Positions 38,916-49,107 of a stretch of 64,000 bases of DNA are shown here, one piece after another. The notes below the pieces were generated by a model, which was not told where the DNA came from, searched no databases, and was given only the letters and a program-made list of their open reading frames with translations. The position numbers were made by a program, and so were the translations under genes. The stretch lies in the sequence record PV654397.1. One strand, 5' to 3'. The stretch's first letter is position 1. Each line of letters begins with the position of its first letter.

Positions 38916-39420
38916 CCTTTAATAAATTGATATTTAAATTACTGTTAAATGCCATCTGTAATTCCATATAGAACTGAATGATAGCATAGTTTGGTTCAGT
39001 ACAAGAAAGTTGAAAGCACTGTTCGTCGAATGAATGATAGTTATATTTTGGCATATTAATAGTGTACATTACTTCAGGATGCCCCCACTTCATAGCGTAT
39101 ACACTAATGTCATTGTTCTTTTTCTTTTTCTTAAACGATAATTGTTGGATATTACCATCTTTATCAAGTAAAATAGAATTACCCGATACTGAAGAACCAA
39201 TTGAAAGCAATGATGTATCAATGACGTGTTTCTCACGTATCTCACACTTCTGGAATGCACCATTCCCTTGTAGAAGTTTATGGAAATCGTACTTCTCACT
39301 AATAACTGTACTAGGATCAATTAATCCAGTACTGCATTTTTTCAGTACTGGTACGATAGTGCGAATCTTTTTTGATAAATCTTGTAATGCATCATAATCA
39401 TTAATGTTAATTTTTCTCAA
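38884..39420 (-). CDS. family A paralog
   Basis: FDEQCFQLSCT. Confidence 0.8.
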   Translation of the reverse strand: MRKININDYDALQDLSKKIRTIVPVLKKCSTGLIDPSTVISEKYDFHKLLQGNGAFQKCEIREKHVIDTSLLSIGSSVSGNSILLDKDGNIQQLSFKKKKKNNDISVYAMKWGHPEVMYTINMPKYNYHSFDEQCFQLSCTEPNYAIIQFYMELQMAFNSNLNINLLKVDFDEVFKDI

Positions 39421-39863
39421 ACGGATGCCTCTTCTATAGTAACGAAATCAACTAACCTATCAAGTTTTTCAGTGTCTAGGTAAAATATATCCAGTACTGA
39501 CTTCTGATATAGTACACTAAATGTACATAGATTGTCTAGTGTTCCTTCATTATAAACAGTACTTCCCTGGAAGTACCCTTCTTCTGTACTCAGAGATAAA
39601 ATATCAGAAATTTTAAAAGATTCTTCATTCTCATGACGCTCTATCGTAACTTCATCATATTTTCTGTTCAATGAAATATAATCGTATGCTAATTCAATAG
39701 TACTACAGTTGTTGTTGCTAGTGTCAAATAAAGAATCAATTGTAATCTTCGTGCCATTAGAAACTTCTCTTCGTTCATCATCTACGTATTCAGGATTTTC
39801 TTTGAAGAACTTAACAACTTTTAGAATATCATTTGCTTTCTTGATTGCACTTTCGTAACTCAT
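39417..39863 (-). CDS. family A paralog
   Basis: TEEGYFQGSTVY. Confidence 0.8.
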   Translation of the reverse strand: MSYESAIKKANDILKVVKFFKENPEYVDDERREVSNGTKITIDSLFDTSNNNCSTIELAYDYISLNRKYDEVTIERHENEESFKISDILSLSTEEGYFQGSTVYNEGTLDNLCTFSVLYQKSVLDIFYLDTEKLDRLVDFVTIEEASV

Positions 39864-40303
39864 TTTTTTCTGGACTCCATATATATCACCTGATTTAGTT
39901 CATATACATAATCTAAATCAATGAATATAGAATTATTAAAGTTCTCTTTCAGGAATGCATTAAAAACTACTAAAGCTCTTAACGCCCCATTTGGGTATAT
40001 AGTACTGTACTGGAAGTAAGCATCTTCTGAATTTAAAAATAGTACTTCTTCTTCTGTGAATTCAAAATATTTGCCATCTTCCTCTATAGAATAGAAAGTT
40101 CCAGAATCCCATACGAAGTACTTGAATTCCAAATCATAATCATGTGACTCGTACTTATATTCATTACCTAATCCTAGTATATCTGTTCCAACACTTATAG
40201 TACTAATATATGCCCCTTTATAGTCTAAGTACTTTACATTATTTTGAAAGAACTTTACTATATTAACTAATTCTTCAGCGTGCTTAAGAACACTTTCGTA
40301 CAT
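39860..40303 (-). CDS. family A paralog
   Basis: SEDAYFQYSTIY. Confidence 0.8.
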   Translation of the reverse strand: MYESVLKHAEELVNIVKFFQNNVKYLDYKGAYISTISVGTDILGLGNEYKYESHDYDLEFKYFVWDSGTFYSIEEDGKYFEFTEEEVLFLNSEDAYFQYSTIYPNGALRALVVFNAFLKENFNNSIFIDLDYVYELNQVIYMESRKK

Positions 40304-40617
40304 TATATTTCAATCTCTATATATTTTTGGGTAATTAAGTAATCCCAGTAGTACTTCACTTGTTTTTGTATCTCAAGTAAAGCATAAAAATTAATTCTCT
40401 TATCCCATACAAGTGATTCCTGAAAAATAAATGATTCATGATCATCTCTGTAATCGCATTCAAGGAAGTCAGGAATATAATCACAATCGTGAAGATATTC
40501 AATCATTAAAGATTCATTACATCTTCTAATGGCAAGGAGCTGGAAATTATCATGATCGAAGAAATACATTAAACTAATTGTACCAGGAATGTACTGAATA
40601 CTGTATAAGAATTTCAT
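40303..40617 (-). CDS. family A paralog (short form)
   Basis: ESFIFQESLVWD. Confidence 0.8.
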   Translation of the reverse strand: MKFLYSIQYIPGTISLMYFFDHDNFQLLAIRRCNESLMIEYLHDCDYIPDFLECDYRDDHESFIFQESLVWDKRINFYALLEIQKQVKYYWDYLITQKYIEIEI

Positions 40618-41057
40618 CGTTTGCCCTTATATGCTTCACGTACATATTCATAATCCAAATAAAATCTTGTACTATCAATACTTTTAAAGTACCACATAAT
40701 AACTAAAGTATCTAGTACTTCATCATCATACAAAGTACTATTCTGAAAGTAATACTCTTCACTATCCCACGGACCTTTCAGTACTTCAAAGTTCAATTTT
40801 AAAGGTCTGCTGCGATTATAAAAACGGATTTCACCACCATAAGCATAACTGATAAATTCTGCATCTGGATTGTATTGTGAAAAATCTGCGGGACTTTTGG
40901 AATTCAGCCCAAGAATAACTGTAGTTGTGGTAAAATCACTATCCTTGTAGTAGTTACCATTCTCGGCTTTGTATACTTCTTCGAACTTCCCAGCCTTGAT
41001 ATCTTCAATATATACCTGTAGTTCTTTTGCTTTATCCAGAGCACTTTGTAATGACAT
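40614..41057 (-). CDS. family A paralog
   Basis: WDSEEYYFQNSTLY. Confidence 0.8.
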   Translation of the reverse strand: MSLQSALDKAKELQVYIEDIKAGKFEEVYKAENGNYYKDSDFTTTTVILGLNSKSPADFSQYNPDAEFISYAYGGEIRFYNRSRPLKLNFEVLKGPWDSEEYYFQNSTLYDDEVLDTLVIMWYFKSIDSTRFYLDYEYVREAYKGKR

Positions 41058-41523
41058 TATCTTCCCCTACAGTATTCTCTACGTATTCATAATCGAAATA
41101 GAAACTATCAGAACCAATACTTTTAAAGTACCACATAATTACAATAACATCTAATTCTTCTTCATTGTACACAGTACTGTTCTGGAAGTAATATTCTTCA
41201 CTATCCCACGGACCTTCTAGTACTGAATACGGAATGATTGTGTCATAATCATCGTAATCAGGGCTGTAAATTATAATATCTTCATCTCTACAATAACTAA
41301 TGTACTGATTGTACATATGATATTCACAGTCATCAGTATCACCCGTATCAGTGTGTAGTACTAATGTTTCTGCACATATCTCTGACTCATCATAATCGTC
41401 GCGGTCTTTTACAAAAAATTCAGTATCAGATGTTTTATACACACCAGGCACTGAACCTTCTTGTACCATAATCATGTACTCATGAATCTTCTTTGCTTCT
41501 TTCAATGCACTTTCTAATGACAT
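41032..41523 (-). CDS. family A paralog
   Basis: WDSEEYYFQNSTVY. Confidence 0.8.
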   Translation of the reverse strand: MSLESALKEAKKIHEYMIMVQEGSVPGVYKTSDTEFFVKDRDDYDESEICAETLVLHTDTGDTDDCEYHMYNQYISYCRDEDIIIYSPDYDDYDTIIPYSVLEGPWDSEEYYFQNSTVYNEEELDVIVIMWYFKSIGSDSFYFDYEYVENTVGEDNVITKCSG

Positions 41524-41525
41524 TA

Positions 41526-41966
41526 CTAATCCCCTGTACTTAAATATTCACATGCTCCCCAGTCAAGGAAGAAGGGTTCAAAATTCAATTCCTTAAAGTA
41601 CCACAAAACAACCAAGGAATCAAGCATTTCTTGGTTAAAAATAAGACTCTGTTGGAAGTAATACTCTTCAGTACCCCACGGCCCATCAAGTACCCCGAAG
41701 TCAACAGGTGTATTTGATGTGTCAAAAGTAATCTTAGTACCTGGAATATATACAAAAAAACTAGTATATTGACTACATGAAGAGTACTGTATAGTATTGT
41801 CTTTATCATGGCCCATAAGTAAAATATCATCAGAGTATGTCTTTATACCTGATAGATAATACTCATTACCAAATGCACTTACTTTATCACCATAGAAACC
41901 ACTTTTTATGTTATCGTGGAAGTGATGTATTTTGTGTGCCAGTTTAAGTGCACTTGCTAAACTCAT
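41526..41966 (-). CDS. family A paralog
   Basis: WGTEEYYFQQSLIF. Confidence 0.8.
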   Translation of the reverse strand: MSLASALKLAHKIHHFHDNIKSGFYGDKVSAFGNEYYLSGIKTYSDDILLMGHDKDNTIQYSSCSQYTSFFVYIPGTKITFDTSNTPVDFGVLDGPWGTEEYYFQQSLIFNQEMLDSLVVLWYFKELNFEPFFLDWGACEYLSTGD

Positions 41967-42433
41967 ATATCCTCTTTAATAACTCGTAGTAGATCCAAGT
42001 CCAGATAGAAGCTAGGACAATCGGTATTATTAAAGTACCACAGAATGACAAGCTTGTCAAGCACATATTCCTCGTAGATAGTATTCTGCTGGAAGTAGAA
42101 CTCTTCACTTCCCCAGTCATTATCCAGTACTGAATACGGAAGATGTTTCTCTGCTGCACCAGTTATAATGTCAGTATATTGTATTAAAATATCAGCATCA
42201 CGACAGAAGTACATGTAATTATCTTCCAGGTTAACATCACACCCAGTGAGTGTTGTTTCAGAAGAATCTAAGTTTTCTTCGTACATGTGAATGTACTCAC
42301 TACTGTCATCGTATATCATTCGACAATAAGCTTTACCTTCCTTGAATAGATACCCATTGAGTTGATTGAGTACTATTTCCTTTTTACATAAATCAATTAA
42401 CTTAGCAATTTCTAATGCTCTTGCAAAACTCAT
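41963..42433 (-). CDS. family A paralog
   Basis: WGSEEFYFQQNTIY. Confidence 0.8.
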   Translation of the reverse strand: MSFARALEIAKLIDLCKKEIVLNQLNGYLFKEGKAYCRMIYDDSSEYIHMYEENLDSSETTLTGCDVNLEDNYMYFCRDADILIQYTDIITGAAEKHLPYSVLDNDWGSEEFYFQQNTIYEEYVLDKLVILWYFNNTDCPSFYLDLDLLRVIKEDI

Positions 42434-42434
42434 A

Positions 42435-42620
42435 TCAACTCCTGTGTTGTGTCTTGATATAATCTCGGTAAACCATGTGAATATTAGCTATATACAATTC
42501 ACTAATATCATATGTACCGAAGTACATATCATTCCTAATGCTGTTGTTATGTCTAATATCAATTACGAATCGTCGAAGTATTGTATTCATAAATGATTCC
42601 ATTTGTTCTTTTTTATTCAT
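42435..42620 (-). CDS. small hypothetical protein
   Basis: 61 aa, ATGA-coupled. Confidence 0.65.
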   Translation of the reverse strand: MNKKEQMESFMNTILRRFVIDIRHNNSIRNDMYFGTYDISELYIANIHMVYRDYIKTQHRS

Positions 42621-42961
42621 AGCTTAAAACGATACCTATCTTTGGAATCAGTCTCTATGCAGATTCTTCTATATTCTTTCATCTTCTGTTGGAGTTCAAT
42701 TACTTCCTCTAGTGTACACAAGTACTTCTTGTCAAATATTAATGACTCTTGAAATATTTCAGCCTCACCCTGTACTGTTGTATAGTCTTTCATATTTTCT
42801 ACAATTGTTCCTTTGGACTGATAATCAATGAAACTAAAGTAAGCACCATTAAATTTAATGTACTGATCCATTTTGTGTTCATAATCACCTTTGTTAAGAT
42901 TGCAATACACTTCCAGTGAAGTACTAATCTTAGGTATAAACATTGAATAATCATATTTCAT
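42617..42961 (-). CDS. family A paralog (short form)
   Basis: EAEIFQESLIFD. Confidence 0.8.
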   Translation of the reverse strand: MKYDYSMFIPKISTSLEVYCNLNKGDYEHKMDQYIKFNGAYFSFIDYQSKGTIVENMKDYTTVQGEAEIFQESLIFDKKYLCTLEEVIELQQKMKEYRRICIETDSKDRYRFKL

Positions 42962-42962
42962 A

Positions 42963-43328
42963 TTACTTACCTGCATTGAAATAATAGTTACTTGTTGTTG
43001 GGGTAGATGTATCAAAGGTGTTTTCTTTAACATATCTCTTCATTTCATTTTGTATAAAAATCATATCTTCTATTGTACATGAGTACTTATTCTTGTCAAA
43101 CACCAAAGAAGCTTGAAATAGTTCAACATCATCCAGTACTGTATAATCTGTAATACTTTCAGAGTTATAGTCGAAGTCATCATGCAATACATCAATGAAA
43201 TTAAAACACAAATCCGAGTACTGAATATATAAACTCAACTCATGTTCCGAATCACCCTTGACAAGATTACAGCACAAATCCCACCCCGTTCTGGACTTAC
43301 AAACGTACATTGAATAATCATATGTCAT
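42963..43328 (-). CDS. family A paralog (short form)
   Basis: DVELFQASLVFD. Confidence 0.8.
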   Translation of the reverse strand: MTYDYSMYVCKSRTGWDLCCNLVKGDSEHELSLYIQYSDLCFNFIDVLHDDFDYNSESITDYTVLDDVELFQASLVFDKNKYSCTIEDMIFIQNEMKRYVKENTFDTSTPTTSNYYFNAGK

Positions 43329-43684
43329 TCTGGTATTCCTATATTGAATTTGTATTCTTGATTAATACTGACATTGCCTTTATTCAAAGAGTCATACTCT
43401 TTCATTTCATTTTGTATTGCAATAACTTCTTCAAATGTACACAAGTACTTCTTATCAAATACTAATGACTCCTGGAATAGTTCAGCGGCATCCATTACTG
43501 TATAATCCGGCATATCCTGATGCGGATACTGTAATGAATTGTAATCAATGAATGTAAATTTACCCTGAGTGAAATGAATATACTCATTTGCACTGTGCAT
43601 CAAATCACCTTTGTTTAAATTACAAAAGTACTGAAAACTGTTCTTAAAAGAATGTACTGATATTACAAAATCAAATTCCATCAC
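43325..43684 (-). CDS. family A paralog (short form)
   Basis: AAELFQESLVFD. Confidence 0.8.
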   Translation of the reverse strand: MMEFDFVISVHSFKNSFQYFCNLNKGDLMHSANEYIHFTQGKFTFIDYNSLQYPHQDMPDYTVMDAAELFQESLVFDKKYLCTFEEVIAIQNEMKEYDSLNKGNVSINQEYKFNIGIPE

Positions 43685-44064
43685 TCTTCTCCTAGATTAA
43701 AAAATTTCCAGAAATCAACTTCACCAGTACTGCACCAGATATCTATACATTCCTTGTGAATACATTTAATTCTATGCTGGATTTCAACCATCTCTTCTAA
43801 TGTACAGATGTACTTCTTATCAAATACTAATGCCTCCTGAAACAGTGCAGCATCATCAAGTACTGTATAGTCCTGCATCTCGATAGATATCCCATGAAAC
43901 CCAGTACTAAAATCCATCAAATAAAAGTCAGCATTCCAGTACTTTAAAATCTTGTCCCTGGCGTAGTTTAAATCACCCTTGTATAAGTTACAATGCGTAA
44001 CTAACTCACCAGTGTACATGAATGTCCTTGCACAAAATTCATTATATTTTATTTGCATCTTCAT
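43681..44064 (-). CDS. family A paralog (short form)
   Basis: DAALFQEALVFD. Confidence 0.8.
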   Translation of the reverse strand: MKMQIKYNEFCARTFMYTGELVTHCNLYKGDLNYARDKILKYWNADFYLMDFSTGFHGISIEMQDYTVLDDAALFQEALVFDKKYICTLEEMVEIQHRIKCIHKECIDIWCSTGEVDFWKFFNLGEE

Positions 44065-44109
44065 TTCAATCGTAATCTCTACTATAATTAATAAGGTAAA
44101 CGCCAATAT

Positions 44110-44268
44110 AAGGAGAACGTTTGCGGCGGGGTATTTTTTGTTTCAGGAAACATGANNNNNNNNNNNNNNNNNNNNNNNNNNNNNNNNNNNNNNNNNNNNN
44201 NNNNNACATGTTTTTCAGCGAAAATTTTTTTGACCCCCCCCTGCGGCCTGTGAAAACAAAACGTCTCT
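44110..44268. other. 50-N assembly gap (44156-44205) flanked by imperfect inverted repeat
   Basis: AAACATG left and CATGTTT right, GGCGGGGT versus ACCCCCCC.TGC, GAGAACGTTT versus AAACGTCTC. Confidence 0.7.
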
Positions 44269-44491
44269 ATTTATTCAGCCTAGAAAGCTTGATTTCTTCA
44301 ATCCTTTTCATCGCACAAAGCCTTCGACTCGTCTTCTCGTATATATTCAATACTCGTTGTACTGCATTATCTGCATCATCTGCAACTGCAATCTGAACCA
44401 AATATGTATCCTTCAAAATCGAATCCATCATGTATTCAAAACCTTTCACACTATAACAATATACCACTTCCGGCTCTTCAAACGTAATCAT
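44267..44491 (-). CDS. small hypothetical protein
   Basis: 74 aa. Confidence 0.65.
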   Translation of the reverse strand: MITFEEPEVVYCYSVKGFEYMMDSILKDTYLVQIAVADDADNAVQRVLNIYEKTSRRLCAMKRIEEIKLSRLNK

Positions 44492-44681
44492 AATTCCAAT
44501 CCCCTATCCCATCTAACCTTCTAAGATATCTTGCGTAAATTATTTCGAAATATCTGTGCAACGAAATTACGGATTGCTCATAATCATCATTCCTGTACAT
44601 TGTGCATGTAAGAAAATCATTTAAACCGTAATCTAAACTGCACTTGAACTTCTCCTTTGCAACATCTCTAAAATTATCCAT
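44478..44681 (-). CDS. small hypothetical protein
   Basis: 67 aa, GAGGA SD. Confidence 0.65.
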   Translation of the reverse strand: MDNFRDVAKEKFKCSLDYGLNDFLTCTMYRNDDYEQSVISLHRYFEIIYARYLRRLDGIGDWNYDYV

Positions 44682-44835
44682 AATATGTCCTCTGCACAGC
44701 GTAGGTGTACTGTGAACTCAGCACCGTTAATAGGTAATCTATGTTGTAAGCACGATTTCCTCGTTGACTAGCACGACTAGAATAAAGAATATTATCCACA
44801 TATGTATCGAACTGTTCTTCAAATAACTCTTTCAT
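44674..44835 (-). CDS. 53-aa protein missed by ORF track
   Basis: MKELFEEQFDTYVDNILYSS...QRTYYG; fills gap between coupled genes. Confidence 0.55.
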   Translation of the reverse strand: MKELFEEQFDTYVDNILYSSRASQRGNRAYNIDYLLTVLSSQYTYAVQRTYYG

Positions 44836-44844
44836 CAGCACCCT

Positions 44845-45399
44845 TTAGCACCCTTTAACAACTTTTGAAATGTAATCTTCTAATGCACCAATGTTCTTTG
44901 TATTCGTTCGAACTAAAAGATAACTTAAATTCTCGAACTCCTGAACATAATGCTTAACAGCGTACATGCATCGTAATTCAAAATCTGTATGAACCGTTTT
45001 GTACTGAAATAACATCTCTTCTGAAGCATCTAAAAGCTCTGTAGCTTGTTCTGTACTGAACTTAAAGGGATTCTGTACTCCTGAACTAAAACACTTTTGT
45101 TCGTTCGTCTGGACACCCTGTGATAGATATAATCCTGTGCTACCATCTTGTGTTGATATCGAATTGAAACCATTACTTGCAACCATTAAATCTGAACTCA
45201 ATACAAATAATAATTTATCTTCCTTATGAATTAATAAATCTGACTTCAGGGATTTTATTCCTGTACTGGTTATATCACCTATACTAAGATTGTCACTGAA
45301 CTTCTCAGCGTTGTTCGCAATGCTCTGGACAAGATTTTTTAATCTCTTAATGGCACTTCTGTCTTTTTCTAATGTATCTAATAAACTCATTGAACTCAT
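44845..45399 (-). CDS. family A paralog
   Basis: SEEMLFQYKTVH. Confidence 0.8.
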   Translation of the reverse strand: MSSMSLLDTLEKDRSAIKRLKNLVQSIANNAEKFSDNLSIGDITSTGIKSLKSDLLIHKEDKLLFVLSSDLMVASNGFNSISTQDGSTGLYLSQGVQTNEQKCFSSGVQNPFKFSTEQATELLDASEEMLFQYKTVHTDFELRCMYAVKHYVQEFENLSYLLVRTNTKNIGALEDYISKVVKGC

Positions 45400-45409
45400 T
45401 GTACTTTCC

Positions 45410-45754
45410 TTACATATTTGTACCGAACAAAACGGAACTTTGAATGCCATTAATCGACACTTCATGTACATATATATTTTGTCTGAATACCTGAAGCAAT
45501 TGAACTAAACTTTGTTGCATAATAATATGCATCGCTAAATTATCAAAGGCCGTTTCGTGTTGGAATCGTGCAGCTTCATCTTCTATGAAATTCGGAACTT
45601 GGACTGGATTCTCAAAATTTGTCCTTGTACTGAACTGTACATCATTGTCCTGTACCTTAATACCATATGAATTATCATTGTTATCAACTACATCAAATTC
45701 AATTAAACTACCATCTTTACTGACGTTTACTATATAAACTGAAAATCTACTCAT
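45410..45754 (-). CDS. family A paralog (short form)
   Basis: DEAARFQHETA. Confidence 0.75.
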   Translation of the reverse strand: MSRFSVYIVNVSKDGSLIEFDVVDNNDNSYGIKVQDNDVQFSTRTNFENPVQVPNFIEDEAARFQHETAFDNLAMHIIMQQSLVQLLQVFRQNIYVHEVSINGIQSSVLFGTNM

Positions 45755-46269
45755 AATCCTATTTCCTTTAAATCTTCCAAAAATGTTTCATAATCACTTA
45801 AGGAAAAAAAGATATCCGTATCGATGTTCGCATCTAATACATTATACAAATTCTGCATCTGTAACACATCAGGAGCATCAATCAATGATTGCTGGAAATA
45901 TGCAGCTTCATCTTCTAAAATATCCCTGAATGTTCTCTCTCGTACTCTGTGGTGTACTGAATTGAATATTGTTTTCTCATCCTTAAGCATTGGTAGGTAT
46001 CGAATGTACATGTGTTCTCTTAGCTCAGGACTGATGGAACCCCTGAACTGTAACACGTATTCGAAGCACATAGCAACATCCTGAAGGTAATTGGCACTGT
46101 AATTATTGCTGTAAACAATCTTATGACTTCTGAACTCATCATCATTTCTGAACCAATTGTCACCTACTCTGGTGTACTTATGACTAAGCAATCCACCCTC
46201 TAACGCTTTGATGATCTTCAAAATGTTGTGTGCAAATGCATATGATGTATTGTACTTGGCCTGATACAT
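45751..46269 (-). CDS. family A paralog
   Basis: DEAAYFQQSLI; ATG 46269 after GAGG. Confidence 0.8.
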   Translation of the reverse strand: MYQAKYNTSYAFAHNILKIIKALEGGLLSHKYTRVGDNWFRNDDEFRSHKIVYSNNYSANYLQDVAMCFEYVLQFRGSISPELREHMYIRYLPMLKDEKTIFNSVHHRVRERTFRDILEDEAAYFQQSLIDAPDVLQMQNLYNVLDANIDTDIFFSLSDYETFLEDLKEIGL

Positions 46270-46282
46270 GTGTGCCTCAACC

Positions 46283-46477
46283 TTATCTTGTGTTAAAATA
46301 TTCACTGAAATGATTATAACACAAAAGCACCACGATGTTAAGCACTCTGTTGTCAAAATCATCTTGTGATGTAGGATGCAAGGACGCATTGATGTTAAAA
46401 TTCACTATATCATTGTGGAATTGGTATGTGAACAAATCAAACTTCGTATGCCTTTGTTTGATATCATAGGCGGTCAT
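46283..46477 (-). CDS. small hypothetical protein
   Basis: 64 aa. Confidence 0.55.
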   Translation of the reverse strand: MTAYDIKQRHTKFDLFTYQFHNDIVNFNINASLHPTSQDDFDNRVLNIVVLLCYNHFSEYFNTR

Positions 46478-46478
46478 A

Positions 46479-47087
46479 TTATATATTCAACCCTTTAACA
46501 ATGGAAATAAATTCTTTGTAAACATTTTCAGGTAAAGCTCTACTACCATAAAGAACACTAAATTCAGGTAACATATCCGAAATCTCTTTCGCTAAATTTA
46601 TTTCATCCCTGAACATTTGCACAGGCATGATATCCTGTACCAATGATAACTGAAAGAAAAATGATTCAATATCTTCATGCACCTCTGAATTTAAATAAAT
46701 CTCTTCTGGAAACTGGGCTGTACTGTAATAATAAAATACATCAATTCTTTTTTCATTATTTTGTACAAGAGGTAAATTTCTTTCGTCTCTCTTATTAATA
46801 TTTGTTTTCCATGACTCAATGTTATTCGGAACCCAAAACTCATAAGGTGTCTTCTCTCCTGAAATATTATCCAGCTTCAATCCATAATATTCACTTTCGC
46901 CGTACTTTTGCTTCAAAACAATACCTGTACTACTGATGTTTACAATGTACGTATCAACAATCCCTTCTGTGGTAAAAGGAATATTTAACTCTGAACCTTC
47001 AGGGTACTTAGCATTGAATGCATCTAATGCTTTACTTAGCACTGGAATTGTATTTGTACTGTACTTCATTAATTGGTCTATGTTCAT
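46479..47087 (-). CDS. family A paralog
   Basis: IESFFFQLSLV. Confidence 0.8.
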   Translation of the reverse strand: MNIDQLMKYSTNTIPVLSKALDAFNAKYPEGSELNIPFTTEGIVDTYIVNISSTGIVLKQKYGESEYYGLKLDNISGEKTPYEFWVPNNIESWKTNINKRDERNLPLVQNNEKRIDVFYYYSTAQFPEEIYLNSEVHEDIESFFFQLSLVQDIMPVQMFRDEINLAKEISDMLPEFSVLYGSRALPENVYKEFISIVKGLNI

Positions 47088-47659
47088 TTTAATTCCCCTG
47101 TAATCACTGCATTTACTGCACTTGATGCAAATAAACTGATATTTGAACGATACATATCGTACACTGTACTTTCTTTCTTGTGCACAATGAAATCATAAAG
47201 ATCGACGAATGCAGGAATAATAATCTTGAATGATTTATTTGGGTACGTCCCAAAATCAACTGTACTCAATTTTGCAACGAGCATAACAACAAAGATTTCT
47301 TCTGGACTATGCAATGTACTGTACTGAAAATATTCCTCAGCACTCATGGCACTTATTGCATTTATATCTTGTGTTTGTAATGTAATATTAAGATATTCAA
47401 AAATAGAATAAAACTCTGATTTTGTTTGTATTTTGTATTTGTCAATTGGGGTATCTCTCATGAACCATAAACGATCTTGTCCATAAAAAGGAATGATTGA
47501 ATTTGGGGAAGCCAGAAATACTTCTTCTCTATCAATATCCTTTAACTCAATTTGCATACCGGATGAATTGGCAATAATTAATTCATTAAAAATATAATGA
47601 ACCTTGTGTACAATCTCTTGTACTGAATTGAAATCATCTGGTATTTTAAAATTTTCCAT
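47084..47659 (-). CDS. family A paralog
   Basis: SAEEYFQYSTLH. Confidence 0.8.
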   Translation of the reverse strand: MENFKIPDDFNSVQEIVHKVHYIFNELIIANSSGMQIELKDIDREEVFLASPNSIIPFYGQDRLWFMRDTPIDKYKIQTKSEFYSIFEYLNITLQTQDINAISAMSAEEYFQYSTLHSPEEIFVVMLVAKLSTVDFGTYPNKSFKIIIPAFVDLYDFIVHKKESTVYDMYRSNISLFASSAVNAVITGELK

Positions 47660-47686
47660 AGGTATCTCCTTAAAAAATGATTACAC

Positions 47687-47715
47687 ATTGTACCATGCAT
47701 TTGTACTCGTGTCAA
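47687..47715 (-). promoter_or_regulatory. sigma70 promoter
   Basis: TTGACA-N17-TACAAT with TG extension; GTAC in spacer and in -10. Confidence 0.8.
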
Positions 47716-47717
47716 AC

Positions 47718-47746
47718 AAAAAAAGCCCATATCTTACGATACAGGC
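47718..47746 (-). terminator. intrinsic terminator
   Basis: GCCTGTATC-gtaa-GATATGGGC then T-run. Confidence 0.8.
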
Positions 47747-48231
47747 ATGTTTATTTGAATTTCATTGTACAAATCATCAATATATAGACATGAAAACGAT
47801 AAACTTTCTTTAACTATATTGTTGTGATAAAGCATTTTAAATGCAATATAGAAAAATAAATCAATATCATCATGTACTAAATTCTGCTGGAACCACCACT
47901 CTTCTGTTAAATCTTGTGCATTAAAATCATCAGGAACTACAATTGACGACATATCAGCATCTTCTTTGTACTCAAACCACATGTCGTCATTTGGATAACG
48001 TTCATGCTTCTCTGGGTAACAATTGCTGGGATTAAATGCTAAAATATAAAATGCCGTCGCAGAATGTTCTTTATTATAAAATGAATTATTCCACACCTGA
48101 TACCTTTCACCAACATCAAACTCTTTTGATACTGATGTTATTGCACATAATGTACGATATATTGTTTCTATTTTGTGAACAAATTTAAAGGCTGCATCTA
48201 AACTGAACTCTAAATCAGACATGCGGTGCAT
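47734..48231 (-). CDS. family A paralog
   Basis: LTEEWWFQQNLVH. Confidence 0.8.
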   Translation of the reverse strand: MHRMSDLEFSLDAAFKFVHKIETIYRTLCAITSVSKEFDVGERYQVWNNSFYNKEHSATAFYILAFNPSNCYPEKHERYPNDDMWFEYKEDADMSSIVVPDDFNAQDLTEEWWFQQNLVHDDIDLFFYIAFKMLYHNNIVKESLSFSCLYIDDLYNEIQINMPVS

Positions 48232-48551
48232 AAAATTACCTCAACTAAAATAAGAACGGTATTGAATTCGATGCAACCTTTGATACCTTGATTGTACATG
48301 TACTTTGCTACTACATATTTCTGTACTAAATTATAATTATTAAATTCCTCAAAATTGTAATTTAGAATGAAATTTGTACTCAAAAATAACTTATGCATCT
48401 CTAATGCACTCTGATAATATTTGTACAACTCTCTGATATCAATACTTTGTAAATCACTTTGTTCATATCTATGATAAGGAATGGCTTCAATTTCAATACT
48501 ATAAAACCATTCTCTTAACTTCTTAATATCAAATGTATTATTCAGCTTCAT
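48210..48551 (-). CDS. hypothetical protein
   Basis: 113 aa, overlaps both neighbours. Confidence 0.65.
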   Translation of the reverse strand: MKLNNTFDIKKLREWFYSIEIEAIPYHRYEQSDLQSIDIRELYKYYQSALEMHKLFLSTNFILNYNFEEFNNYNLVQKYVVAKYMYNQGIKGCIEFNTVLILVEVILCTACLI

Positions 48552-49107
48552 AACTCAATACCTCCATTAAGCACTCATAAACACCATCAATCGCATAAGC
48601 ACAAAAACTGAAATTAATTTTGTTATTCTTGTGTAATGGACTATTGTATACTGTACTCAACATAACACTATAAAACAAAGAACGTTCATGTGTAAATAAT
48701 GATTCCTGAAAAAATGCTTCCTCTGATTTAATTTTATTATATTCAATCGATTGATCATTAGAATAAAATGAATCTTGATTTGAATTGTACCATGTGTAAT
48801 CCAAATCATTCTTTGATATAACTGGTGTTGGATTAAACTGTAAAAGACTAATAACACTACGGGCATTTGGGGTATCAGGTGTATTGAATCGTTTGTCAAA
48901 ATAACTTGTGCACGCAATATGTGAATCAAAATCAGATGGTTTAAACCCCATGAATGCGTTAATGATTCTTGTATATGGTTTTTTATTATGTGCTGCTTTT
49001 TGTACATTATATAAGGCTGCAACAATACAAGCTAACTTTTGTCCCATTAGGATTGCATTAGCGTAGGTGTACTGAATTTCATTGCTGGTACGGTACTTCG
49101 AGATCAT
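48538..49107 (-). CDS. family A paralog
   Basis: SEEAFFQESLF. Confidence 0.8.
   Translation of the reverse strand: MISKYRTSNEIQYTYANAILMGQKLACIVAALYNVQKAAHNKKPYTRIINAFMGFKPSDFDSHIACTSYFDKRFNTPDTPNARSVISLLQFNPTPVISKNDLDYTWYNSNQDSFYSNDQSIEYNKIKSEEAFFQESLFTHERSLFYSVMLSTVYNSPLHKNNKINFSFCAYAIDGVYECLMEVLSYEAE

Noticed and set aside
35130-42433. Family A motif matches the TEV site ExxYFQ(G/S), for example EEMYFQG
   Set aside because: Likely coincidence, as no matching protease is seen. It matters only as a caution for TEV-tag purification.
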